The translations under genes were made by a program, and so were the position numbers. This document shows positions 25,690 to 37,757 of a DNA stretch of 64,000 bases, piece after piece. Below the pieces are notes generated by a model, which searched no databases, was not told where the DNA came from, and saw only the letters and a program-made list of their open reading frames with translations. Positions within the stretch are counted from its first letter, which is position 1, and every line of letters begins with the position of its first letter. This DNA is from Octopus sinensis (taxonomy: Eukaryota): the NCBI RefSeq assembly GCF_006345805.1, contig NC_043006.1, positions 30,256,001 through 30,320,000 on the forward strand, in the 5' to 3' direction.

Positions 25690-26125
25690 CTGTCAGATAC
25701 AGTTGTACACCAATGGTCACAATTTTCTTCCAATTCTGTCTAGATTGCACCATTCTTTTCCATCTTGACCAAGATTGCTTAACCAAATCATCTTCCCATC
25801 ATTGAGGAGGCCTTCCAAGTGGCCATTTTAGATCTCTTGGATATAACTTGGCAACTATATGGGTCCACCTGTTGTCTGTGAACCTTATGACATGTCCGGC
25901 CCTGCAATCACATCATTTGTTCTGCTCTATTCTTGAATTATTTCGTTTCAAATATGCTCTCTTAATGATATTCCTATCACGAATCTTTCCATGGCCCTTT
26001 GCATCGTAGCCAATTGATATCCTCTCCACTTCATAATAGCCCACGTCTCACTTGCATATAAGAATGCATGTAGGACAATACTATTGAAGAGTCAGGCATG
26101 TATGGCATTGTCTAACTTTGTTTTG
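25690..26125 (-). pseudogene. RTE-1-like LINE C-terminal fragment
   Basis: LFNSIVLHAFLYASETWA..QRAMERFVIGISLREHI. Confidence 0.75.
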
Positions 26126-26393
26126 AGTGCATGCGCACACACACACACACACATCTTTCAATAATAAGAAACATAAGAAATTAATATTTTAAAATGGGTA
26201 TTTTTGTTGCTGTTCAAATATTAAATGTCTCATATTTTATGACAACATTGTCTATCCCTGCTTGGATATTTTGGTTACAATACAACACAGGCATGGAATG
26301 TTGAACTAAACAGGAAGTCAGAAATTTTTGATAGGGTGCGCTGATAATGTGTGTGTGTGTAGTTCATCATAAGTATCAGGGAATACATCTAAA

Positions 26394-26951
26394 AATTATT
26401 TGCGGTATTATATCAGTTTGTCACTGTTATTTATGAGAAAAAAAGATACCCTTCCCCCACCCCTAACCCTTAACCATAACTCCTAACCCTAGCCATAACC
26501 CTAACCCCACATATATAAAAAATAAAAATTTTACGGAAAGTGATAATCTTCTTCAAATGTAAACAAATACACGTGTGTGGCCATAAACTGAGGGATCACT
26601 CGTAAACAGAGCTGGATAACAAAACCGTTCCCTCTTTAGTGTCCACCCATTATTATGACCCTAGTATCGATCTATTGCATTTCAATCTGTTTTAGGGTTA
26701 GGGGTGGGGGAAAGGGTATCTTTTTTTCTTCAGAAATGTAAATAAACCCAATCTGTTTCTTAAACGAATATATATGTAATGCGTGTATCTGTGCAACAGA
26801 GAGGGAAATTAAAACTGCATATGTTGTGAACTTAGAATATGTGTTTATTAATAAAAGTTTAATAACGATAATCTTTTATTCATACGAACGTAACTGATAT
26901 GAAATATGTCATGAATAACAGTGACAAACTGATTTGACACCGAAAATAATT
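26394..26951. mobile_element. Nested fold-back element with degenerate (TAACCC)n
   Basis: Outer IR 26394-26436 / 26909-26951, inner IR 26437-26470 / 26694-26728, TAACCC-like run 26459-26508. Confidence 0.65.
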
Positions 26952-27442
26952 GTTGTTGACAACCGCAGAAATTGTATTCACTTCAATAGACGTCATTGAT
27001 AGGTTGAAATTGCTGACATGCAAGAAATTCAACGACAAATAGCTTACAAACTACAGAATTTTCTCAAGAAAGCCAAGAGAAAAAGATGTTTTATGTAACA
27101 CATTCTACCAGTATACGAAGTTTAAAAGTGTTTAGTTACAAAGAAATTATTTTAAAAACCTGCCGGTCAAAGTGAAAAGATCCAATATGGAAATTGACGA
27201 TTTAAAGTCTGTTCTCAGCATATTGGCATTGAAATAATTCTTCTATTGCCCTTGTTTATAAGTTGTTTATAATTTTAACCTTTAAAGATATTTTAATATG
27301 CTGCCACTTTTGATGAAATTTTTTCTGAAAAAATTTTTATCCTATATTATTAGTAGTATATATGTGGTGCTATTAAGTTAGACATGGCCTGGACCAATCT
27401 CTGGTCGAAACATATCTAAGTTTTATCTAAGTTTTATATGTA

Positions 27443-27485
<43 letters not shown>

Positions 27486-27879
27486 ATATATATATGTCTG
27501 CATGTATTATATCTGTATGAATATATAAGTATATATATATATATGTATGTATTTATGTATGTGTATGTATGTATAGCCAATTGGTAATTTGGCGATTATG
27601 ACACTATAATGATGTATTTTATTAGTAATAATAATAATATGCTTATTCAATTAACTAATATATGAGAACTTGTGTTTTATCTGATTCATGGACTTTTAGA
27701 CACTCCCACGTAAACACAGAGTATATTAGACACTGTGCACTCTTCATACACAACAAAGAATTGATAATAATAATGATAATAATGTATGTGTGTGTGAGTG
27801 TGTATGTGCACGCTATGTATCTGCTTGTCATTATGGAACCTGAATACTCTACAAAGAATATCTAATGAGTTCTACTCAA

Positions 27880-29750
27880 GGACGCCACTGGAGAAGACTT
27901 GGTCAAGCATGTAAAATGGAAAGCCTTTTTCTACAACCATGCACATCAACCCACACATTCTGAACATTTCAGTATTTGGTTTAGAAAATTCTAACCCAAG
28001 ATGAAGGAACTGGAAGCCTTTGAAGCAGACATCTTAAATTTCACATCAAAGCTGTGATTCCATAAGTCCCCTACCTGTTTCCAAGGTAAACTTTGGAAGG
28101 ACATAAACCCAAGGATTTCAATAGAGCACTACTTTTTCGGACACAACCAAAAATTTATATAAGGTAAATAATGATGCACACAGCTATGAATGCATAATTA
28201 CAGATATGTGTGGGTGTGTGTATCTTCCAATGGTATGTATTGCTGAAGGACATAAAACTTGAAGCAGTGCTCATTGAACTGACAACATTGCACAAACATA
28301 CAGAAATTGAGGCCAGGGTAAAAGCTTTAACAATTAAAGTAAAAGCTTTATAACAATTAAAGACCTCAAACATGAAATGTTGGTTGATCACCCCACAAAG
28401 TGAGAGATCAGCTTTGAAAGCAAACACCTGCTCAAGAAGATAACGATTTCATTAGGAGAATCTCTAGTTCCTCCCTTCTGGGACAATGAGGTCATTTCAT
28501 GGCTTAAAGCCAGGAGCAGCAGAGGTAGAGCAAGGTTCACCCTATTTAATAAAGTATTTTTTTATCCATCTCTATCGAGGGTTGTTTTATATGGGGCACT
28601 CAACTTTGCTAGGGGCTAGGCTGGAATTAGCAATGAAATGACCTCATTGCCCCAGAAGGGAGGAACTAGAGATTCTCCTAATGAAATCGTTATCTTCTTG
28701 AGCAGGTGTTTGCTTTCAAAGCTGATCTCTCACTTTGTGGGGTGATCAACCAACATTTCATGTTTGAGGTCTTTAATTGTTATAAAGCTTTTACTTTAAT
28801 TGTTAAAGCTTTTACCCTGGCCTCAATTTCTGTATGTTTGTGCAATGTTGTCAGTTCAATGAGCACTGCTTCAAGTTTTATGTCCTTCAGCAATACATCA
28901 TCATGCATGGCAGGAAAACCCTACTACTTGACAACCTCAATTAGGCAAACTGATCCCAACAACTCCTTTGATAATACAAAGAGAGAATTTAGCAGTGCAG
29001 ATATACATGGTGTCCCAAAAGTCGCTGATGGGTTTCAATTTTTAATAACTTCCTTAACCTTACAAATAAATGCATGAAATTTTGAAACACCACTACATCT
29101 TAGTAAGATATGCTTAGTAAGTAATACCCCTCAATCAGCTTTGGCCTGTATTGGGATGATGCCTTAGCACTATAGAGGGGGGGGGGCAAATGGCCACACA
29201 CTCAATAAGCTTAAGAACGATCTAACCCTTAATTCTCTTGCATCCAAGGTCACAATAGAGACCAACTTGAAAGTGGTTGATTTCATGGACGTGACATCAC
29301 ACCTAGACACTGGCACATATAAAACCCTTTCAGAAACCAAATGAGAGGCTGACATATCTTAATGCAGCTTACTGTCATCCAACTATAGTTTTCAGGAACT
29401 TAGTTAAGGGGGTTAGCAAAAGTATCTCCAACCTATCTTTGAGCTAAGAGATCTTCGATGCCATGGCCCTGATTGCCAGTGATTTCAAGGATAAGACTAA
29501 TTCTATGCCTGATCCTAACTTGAACAGGAAATTCCACTCTAAGTGTTTATAATTTCCATCAAAGTAAAAATTTGTGAAGGTAGTTGATAAACATGCTCCT
29601 CACCTAGCATAAAGAAAATAGTGAGTAGGCCCCAACCTAGAACAGAAGCAGGCTACTCTTACAGAAGTAACACTACATGCTCACTAAAATGGCCAATGCA
29701 ATACAGAAACCATTGTGTATGAAGCAGAAGTGGTATTGAAGAAATTTTGT
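27880..29750 (+). pseudogene. Decayed Penelope-like element (second lineage) with three insertions
   Basis: VKWKAFFY, KELEAFEADIL, FSDTTKNLYK, KCWLITP.SE, NEVISWLK, FYPSLS, IIMHGRKTLL, LYWDD (YRDD), ETNLKVVDFMDVT, CPLNGQCNTETIVYEAEV. Confidence 0.8.
28235..28898. repeat. Long inverted repeat: 266-bp arms, 132-bp spacer
   Basis: 28235-28500 vs 28633-28898, one mismatch seen; ORF track gives identical peptides from both arms. Confidence 0.97.
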
Positions 29751-29769
29751 GAAAGGTTCTCAGCCCCTT

Positions 29770-30370
29770 CTTATTCATGATAGTCCTACAGGCCATCAAA
29801 GAGGAATTTAAGACCTGGTGTACATAGAACCTTGTATATGCTGATGATCAAAGCCTAATCTATAGGGAAATTAGACAGGAAATTCCAGGCATGGAAGTGA
29901 AACCTAGAACTGAGAAGAAGCCTTGTAGTAAACTTAACAAAGACTAAAATCTTTAGTGAGTAGCAAAGAAGATGGAGAGGCTTTGCTCAGTATCCAGGAA
30001 AGTAGGTATAAACTCTCTACATTGAACCCAATGTAAGCTACGGATACACAAGAGGTAATGTGAAATTACAAGCAAACTATCAGAGTAAGGGAGGTTCATA
30101 TTTAACAAAAGCCTTGGAGCAGTACGTACAACGAGTACACGAGAAATAGTTGCCATTACATACCCGGATGTCTTACTAGACGCAGTCGATAGCTTTTGTT
30201 ATCTAGGAGACAAAATTAGAATGGGAGGCAGTTGCTCAAAAGGTACAATAATAGTCAGGGTAGGAAGAGGTTAAAAGTTCAATGTTACTACTTCTGCTGG
30301 CGACAAAGCTCTTTTCCCTCAGAATGAAGGACAGATTACTGTATAAGGCTTGTGTTTGAACTGGACAACA
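29770..30370 (+). pseudogene. RTE LINE RT fragment
   Basis: MIVLQAIKEEF..LVYADD, DAVDSFCYLGDKI. Confidence 0.7.
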
Positions 30371-30399
30371 ATGTTTGAATGTAAGACGGAGTGGCCATG

Positions 30400-33300
30400 G
30401 CTAGAGCTAAACAATAGAACTATAACGATTATATACAAGGACACAAAACGTGTTTTGGTGTACACACCCATAGATAGGAAGGGCTTTATAGCAACATAGG
30501 CATTCTTTCGATATGCCGCAACAGCCAGAATTAACTCTAATTAAATTAAACGCTTTCATTCTGTTTATATTCATTTAATTATATTTATATAGTATAGATT
30601 GTAAGTCTGTGTCGTGTCTTTATTCTGTTGCAATAAATAAGATGCGATTGACATTCCGGCTTTGAAAAAAAAATCGAGGCTCTCGAATACAAGCTATGCC
30701 ATTAAAGCACGTGTGATAATCCACTACAAACTTTTGGCTAACTTGATTAGTAATAACTACTGTGTAGCTTTACTCAGGTATTCCAGTCGGTATTCCGGCC
30801 AACTTTTGTGATCACGAAACTAGGGTAGTTAATTTTAGAAAGAGGAAGAGCAAGTGAAGATCTTTACTGCCGACTTTGCTTTAATCGTTTATTTTTACTT
30901 ATTTGTATAAATTTATTACCTCCGAGTTGGTGTTATAAATAAGAACTAGATAACATGAATGCAATGAAAGACTCCTTTTTATTTCCTTCATAAATGCTGT
31001 AAATAGACGACAAAGTTTGTTTGATTTAAGAGCTCGTTCTGAGAAGTATTTAAAATGTTTGATTGTCAAACTGAAATGTTATCAAGATGTTTAAACCAGT
31101 CACATGGCGACTGTTTATCGTTGGCTCTAAATTCATCTGCACAGTGTGTAATTAGTAATTCTTTCATCGACCAGAGAGAGAGAATGAATGAATGAATGAA
31201 TTTATTAGAATAATCCTTTCTACTATAGGCACAAGGGCTGAAATTTTGGGGAAGGGAACTAGTCGATTACATAGATTCCAGTGTTTCACTGGTACTTAAT
31301 TTATCGACCCCAAAAGGATGAAACGCAAAGTTGACTTTAGCGGAACTTGAACTCAGAAGCAGACGAAATACCGCTAAACATTTTGCCCAGCGTGCTAACG
31401 ATTCTGCCAGCTCGTCGCCTTTAGTGTATTAGAATAATAACCATCAGTCACAAATAATACCGACCTTATAAAGGTAAATTAAAATGGGACTTCGTGGCAG
31501 TCATGCGTTTCCCAAGGATTATTGATGGTATGAACGAAGTGAATTAAAAAGGAAACCGACTTGTCACCAACTTTCAGATACAATACAGAAGGTGGGGGGG
31601 AGTCTTTAGTACAGGGTCCAATCCTTTAATTTCTGTAGCTTCATGTTACCCACAAGGTTTAGTTGCTTTGGTAATAACTTCGACACAAAGACTGTTATTT
31701 TACTGGGAGTCAGCGAGAAATTAGATATTTTAACGTTCGTTCGGCCCTTCCACAAAGATATGACACCATATGTTGACGACGGTGAAGGATTGTGTTACTT
31801 CATTAGGCGATGGTATTTTGTAACTAAAATCATTTTCATTCATTGATACATTTTAAAAATTAGCTCGGTACAGACATTTAATATTTTCAATCACCACTGC
31901 ATCGTTTATTTGTCGTATCGATGAGGATGTCTGTTGTACTTTTATGGTAAAGAAGTAAAAATAAAATGTCTTGGCTCTGCATAAACAAAATAAATATTTG
32001 GCAAAAGAAAAAATACCTGAGTTAGCTCAGGTACTATACACGTGCGCGCGCTTATATCTATAAATAATTGAAGATATTTGTGGTAAATCATATATTCGTA
32101 TAAAACTCCATTCATACAAATTCCCGTTCCTTTACTAAATTATAATTCGTTTAAGGTAAAATTTTAAAGCTGCTGAACATCCTTGAATGCTACATCAAGC
32201 TGAGAATTTAATGTTTGAGTTCAAATCCCACCGAGTCTCGATTTTGTTATCAATTGGTTCGATACAGTAATTACCAATTATGTATCAATTAAATGCCTGA
32301 GGTCACCTTTACTTTTAATCCTTCTAATGTCGATAAAATGAAATAGCAATGGAACACTAAGTAAATGATGCATCCTTAATAAGAATGTAATTATAATAGA
32401 AGACTAGACGACCATCTGCTCACTTTTTCTTCGTGTCAAATGGATATTCAGAGTTATGCACCTGAAACATCATAATGGCCAGAGTACAGGCTAGTGAACC
32501 CTTGTCCGAAGATGAAATTCACAGATTCACAGCAGCGAGGTGAAGAACTACAACTTAATGCAAACAATCGATCTAAACTGATAAACCGTGGCCAGGTTGT
32601 CCACATAGCCTATTTGATTAAGGATCCTTTAGGTGATCGCTACACCTGTTAGAAATAGCAGCTAAATCTCCCTTAAAAATCACGGAAAGAAGAAAGGAAA
32701 AACCGTATTACATCATGTTCAAGAAGCAGAATTTTTTTTACTATTACACTCATCTTGTAAGACGAGTGTAATTGAAAAAGAAGATATAAATACAGATTAA
32801 CGGACCCTGTAGGGCAAAATGCGAAAAGATTAAATTTGGGAACAAAATATTATCTCTTAGAAGGAAACAACCACCCATTTCCTAGAAGTGTTTCCTTCTC
32901 CGTGAGGTGAGCGAGACATATTTCGAAAGTTGGCAAATCAGATTTTAATCAGACTCGTCTTGTGAGACGGATGTAAAGTATAATAGTAGAAACAATTCAC
33001 CCACGATACCCTCAAAAAGATGGTATTGTTACGGTTGGGATGCCATCGGTTTGCTCAGTCGGGGTTGATTTGGGACTAAATTCAGCCATCACGCTTCTCT
33101 TCAAACACACTTATACATAGAAACTCACACACACACACATGTTGGAATTTACTAAGAATTACTCAAAACAACAAAAGTGTGTGTGGGGGGGAATTTGTCC
33201 ATTTACGTTTTGAATTGAAATCTCGCCGAGATCAACTGTACCTTTCATCCTTCTGGGGCCAATAAAATAAATTATCAGTGAAGTACAGGGAGCCGACATC

Positions 33301-33950
33301 ATCAACTGCCCTGCTTCCACTAAATTTCTGACTGTACTTTTCTTAGAATCTATCATCATCATCGTCGGTAAGAGTAAAACTGGAAACCGAATCTAAAATC
33401 TTGTTGCAACTCATCGAGTTTGATTTATGTCCAGCTAATTTATAGCTAATTAATATCATCAGCCAACTTATTTATACCCTCTTCAATCCAGATGAAGTGA
33501 TAAATTGAACCACTTGTACATAGGAGGCATGTGAGTTAAAGGAAGACATTTCGCAAGATAGATAAACAACTATAAAAAAAGATGGATAGAAAGATAGGAG
33601 AAGAAAAAAAAGAGAAAAAAATACAGTGATAGGTTCCCTAAGTAAGGATGTCTTGCTACTATTTGTTATTAACAAAACAAAAACGGTGAATAAAATGTGA
33701 ATTAACAATGACTAATTATTATTTACTTGCCGACCTGTTCGCTGTGGATCGCCTTTAATTTGCCGTTTGTCTGTTAGTAAGATAGCGTATACATATTAAC
33801 AAAATATCTCTTATGATAGCACTTGGTTTCGCTGTTGCTTCTTTTTATTTTTAAGCAATGCCACTGCACTGACTGAAGACGTTGTTGATGTTGGTCTGTC
33901 GGTATCGAAGTTGACGTTACTGCTGCTGCTTTCTTTCTTTCAGTTATGAT
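30400..33950. promoter_or_regulatory. CpG-retaining (probably unmethylated) promoter-like zone
   Basis: CpG visibly more frequent in unique DNA; SINE B at 31215-31420 keeps CpGs that are TpG/CpA in the copy at 46105-46325; TTCCGG, CACGTG, TGCGCGCGC, TATAAATA motifs; GTAAGT donor at 30601. Confidence 0.4.
31215..31420 (-). mobile_element. tRNA-derived SINE family B
   Basis: GGCGACGAGCTGGCAGAATCGTTAG head, GAGTTCAAGTTCC B box, CATCCTTTTGGGGTCGATAAATTAAGTACCAG body; other copies 32205-32360(+), 33165-33365(-), 35885-36030(-), 40465-40670(-), 46105-46325(-), 46955-47165(+). Confidence 0.85.
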
Positions 33951-34129
33951 TATTATTATTATTATTATTATTATAAAGACTGAGGGTGATACAACAGATG
34001 AGGATGTCGGTGCTGTTGTCAAGTGATGGGTTTTTTAATACACTGCTCTTCTTATTGCTGCTGCTACTGCTGATGATGATGATGACGACGATAATGATCC
34101 AATTACACTTGGAGTTAAGTGGGGGGGGC

Positions 34130-34330
34130 TTCTACATGATCGCCACTTGATTTGCAAGATATAGCAGCCAAATCTCTCTACTTACTCCTCTGCCTTCTCA
34201 AATTAAAAAATGAACACATTAGATAATGCAGTCTTATATTCCTACATACACAAAAGCAACATGGTCAACATCAGGATGTCTTTAATCATAGTTCTTCATC
34301 AAGGCTGGCTTGGGGCTAAACAACAACAAA
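34130..34330 (+). mobile_element. Dispersed repeat family E (SINE-like)
   Basis: GATC(R)C..CTAGAAATAGCAGCCAAATCT start and GGGGCTAAACAACAAC end; related segments at 8995-9140, 32630-32690, 57340-57420(-), 4330-4500(-). Confidence 0.55.
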
Positions 34331-34435
34331 GTGTTTCCATTTGTGTAGTTTGTGGACTTTTCCGACCGTGACCATCTCTTCTTTTTCTTGCACTACCGTG
34401 TCCAGTGTGTCCTTTCATTTGTTAAGACAGTAGAG

Positions 34436-34589
34436 CAATATTTCCCAACCAGAGTTCCCTGGAACCTTAGGGCTCTTAGACTGATATACATAGACTCTAA
34501 TTATATACAATTGCAATTTTGAGTAATTTCTCATTATTAGTACTTATATAAAAGATGCCCGACATATTCCCTAAAGTTGGGAAACCCTG
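34436..34589. mobile_element. hAT-type MITE
   Basis: Ends CAATATTTCCCAACC / GTTGGGAAACCCTG resemble the TIR at 21106; no TSD seen. Confidence 0.55.
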
Positions 34590-36272
34590 GCACCCATAAG
34601 AAATTTTCCTCTGGGGAAACATGACCTTTTAATAGGAAACTGACTGAATTTGATCAAAACAGCATCTAGGATAAGAAAACATTTTAGAAAATCTTCTATG
34701 TGTAATCTGATGGATTTAGCAGTATCAAGCATTTCAAAGCCGGCTTTATAGTGTGTTTATCATCTCATAAAATTCAAATTTATGAAAGGGAAAGAAGAAA
34801 GATTAATAAAAATATTTCTAACTGCTTTAGCGAATGCATCCCTTTTTCTTTTTTTAAATCTTTCTTAAAGACTGTAAAGTATGCTTTAAGGGAGAATTGT
34901 TTGCTGTCTTGCAAATTAAACAACAACAAAAGGGCCCTATTATTGACTTGCTTCATTCATGTAGTTGTTATTGTTAATCAATGTCTGTTTTCCATACTGG
35001 CATGGGTTGAATGGTTTGACTGGAAGTGGTCAGCCAGAGAACTGCACCAGGCTCCATTGTCTGCTTTAGCATGGCTTCTGTGGCTCAAAACCCTTCCTAA
35101 TGCCAACCAATTTACAGAATGTACTGGGTGCTTTTTATGTGCTACCAGCATCAACAAGGTTACCAAGTAACTTGCATGACAAAAATCCTTCAGCCGGGAG
35201 AGGAAGTGGTATTGAAGGAGATACTATTGTGTCTCAACTTCATTGTGTGTCTCCTCCCTCAAAGCTACCCCACCACACCAGTGAACCTAATGAGAGCAGA
35301 GGCTCCTATTTATAGAAATTAGCAAACAGATTATTTGCTGATGCATTTTGATGTCTACTAAACAAATACTACTTTATGAAATGGCTGCAGAACTGTGAGA
35401 ATGCAAACAAAAACATATCTATTCATTCTCAACATGTTTTGGCAAACATTCAGATCTACTGCAATAATAAATAGATACATTATCATTTGGCTCCTCACTG
35501 TTCTCGGTGCCCTTCAAATTTTGTCTTCCTTACTCTACATTATACGGTTGATGTTGATGTTGCTGTTGTTTTCCTTCTAAAAGTTAATTTTTGTTATTAT
35601 TGTTGTCAGTGCCACCTTAAAGTAGGATCTATAAATGTTGCAGCACCAGGATCCCAAGAGGTCCCAATAACCCATGAATAATATAATTTCATCAGATTTT
35701 GATAGGGAGCGGGTCCCATTTCTTTGGTACAGCAACTGGGCTGATAAGCATCACAAAACAGCTCTCATTATGTTCCTTTTTTTCCCCCCTCTTTTTAATC
35801 AGTTTAGATTCTTGAGAATGTTCTGTATGTGTGTCTTGTTTTTCTATTATAATTCCATTGACATCAAAGATGCTTTGTAAGAATTGGTCTCGGTACTTGA
35901 CTGGTACTTTATTTCATCATCTCCAGAAAGCAGAAAGGCAGAGGATTTGAACTCAGAATATGCCGGGCCATGACTAAATACTGTTGGCATTTAGCCCACC
36001 ACTCAAGCAATTCAGCCACTTGGCTTTTCCACATGAATTGCAGTTGAACTGAATAAGAAAGATTCCAGGAATAACAGATTCCCTAAACATACAAAACTAA
36101 AACTTTCTGAAAGTCAAAAGTTCAACTTTTCCAGTCTTGTAACATTTCTTGTTTCTTGCATGTATTTTGTTCCGTGAAACCTTCAAGATCCTGGTCTGTT
36201 TGACAGACAGACATTTGTTAATCAGACAGCATTTCTGTTGCTTACAACAACAAACTATTCTTCTCTCCACAG

Positions 36273-36353
36273 AGCATGTTTTAGAGTGAAGGGAGAACTA
36301 ATGTTATTTAACCATTTTTCATGTTTCTGTCATTTACCTGACACCACAAACAG
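36273..36353 (+). other. Candidate 81-nt exon
   Basis: TTCTTCTCTCCACAG acceptor and CAG|GTGAGG donor; one open frame; no recognisable homology. Confidence 0.25.
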
Positions 36354-36649
36354 GTGAGGCCAAGTTATTACGTTGTTGCTGTTGTAGCTGCACTTAACAA
36401 CACAAATACTGTGGGTTGTTTTCAAAATCGTTTTTTTTTTTTATTATTTAGCTTGCTACAGCTGTTGTATCTGTTGTACATACTACCTGTGCTTGTTATT
36501 AACAAAGGAAAAAATTAATTGAAACAAATATATAAACAAAAGGAAAAATCTATTTGATAAAATGAATACTGAAAAATAGTAAAATTAATAGTTAATAGTG
36601 AATTTAGTAGCTAATAACACAGTTCTATATTTAAAAGATGAGGAATTCA

Positions 36650-37370
36650 TCATCATCATCATCATCGTTTAACGTCCGTTCTCCATGCTAGCATGGGTTG
36701 GACGGTTCGACCGGGGATCTGGGAAGCCAGAAGGCTGCACCAGGCTCCAGTCTTATCTGGCAATGTTTCTACAGCTGGATGCCCTTCCTAACGCCAACCA
36801 CTCCGTGAGTGTAGTGGGTGCTTTTTACGTGCCACCTGCACAGGTGCCAGGCGAGGCTGGCAACGGCCATGGTTGGATTGGTGTATTTTATGTGCCACCG
36901 GCACGGAAGCCAGTCGAGGCAGTGCTGGCATCGGCCACGAGTCGGATAGTGCTTTTTACGTACCACCAGACCAGGGATCCTGGCTGGTTCAATTCGATTT
37001 CGATTTCGCTTGCCCCAACATGTCTTCGCAAGCAAAGGGGGTTGGCATGGGTGCCTGTCGTACGGTCGGATTGGTGTATTTTACGTGCCACCGGCACGGA
37101 AGCCAGTGGAGGCGGCGCTGGCATCGGCCACGAGTCGGATATTGCTTTTTACGTACCAACCACCGGCACGGAAGCCAGTGGAGGCGGCGCTGGCATCGGC
37201 CACGAGTCAGATATTGCTTTTTACGTACCACCAGACCAGGGATCCTGGCTGGTTCAATTCGATTTCGATTTCGCTAGCCCCAACATGTCTTCGCACACAA
37301 AGGGGGTTGGCATGGGTGCCTGTCATACGGTCGGATTGGTGTATTTTACGTGCCACCGTCACGGAAGCCA
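36650..37370 (-). mobile_element. Young SINE family C with expanded 5' modular array
   Basis: CpG-rich body 36650-36836 plus seven TTTTA(C/T)GT(G/A)CCACC cores. Confidence 0.9.
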
Positions 37371-37412
37371 ATTATTTACATTTGATGGATATGTGTCCTC
37401 ATTTTGTTTGTT

Positions 37413-37458
37413 GTTACCATGTTTCAGCTGATATACCCTCTAACCTTCATCAGGTGTC
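37413..37458 (-). ncRNA. Minimal type I hammerhead ribozyme motif, decayed copy
   Basis: GACAC-CTGATGA-A-GGTTA/loop/CAGCT-GAAA-CATGG. Confidence 0.6.
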
Positions 37459-37711
37459 TTGGGAAAATTTTGAACCTAGCTTCTCATTCCTAAGGTAATT
37501 TTCAATGTTATTATCATTATTATTTTTATTATTATTATTATTATTCAGATCACTACTTGGAGTTGGGCATATGGCATAGTGGTTAAGAGCTACTAACCCC
37601 AAGATTCCAAGTTCAATTCCAGGCAGTGACCTGAATAATAATAATTATTATTATAATAATAACATCAAAAAATACCTTAGGAATGAGAATCCAGGTTCAA
37701 AATTTCCCCAA

Positions 37712-37757
37712 GACACCTGATGAAGGCTGGAGGGTATATCAACCGAAACGTTGTGTT
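37712..37757 (+). ncRNA. Minimal type I hammerhead ribozyme motif (Penelope type)
   Basis: Stem I GACAC/GTGTT, core CTGATGA, extra A, stem II GGCTG/CAACC, GAAA, palindromic AACGTT stem III, predicted cleavage after GUU (37752). Confidence 0.8.

Noticed and set aside
36836-36950. HDV-like ribozyme in array units (GGCCG..CCAG..CCTCG..CTGG)
   Set aside because: Only a P3-like hairpin is seen; I could not find P1, P2 or J4/2 pairings by eye
36823-37370. True CRISPR array
   Set aside because: Eukaryotic context, no cas genes, spacers recur, and the array is part of a SINE
36685-37498. 248-aa and overlapping ORFs as a protein gene
   Set aside because: Open frames arise from a GC-rich tandem repeat; no splice context or known motif
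37565-37625. tRNA gene (likewise the other SINE heads)
   Set aside because: A and B boxes are present but there is no acceptor stem or complete cloverleaf
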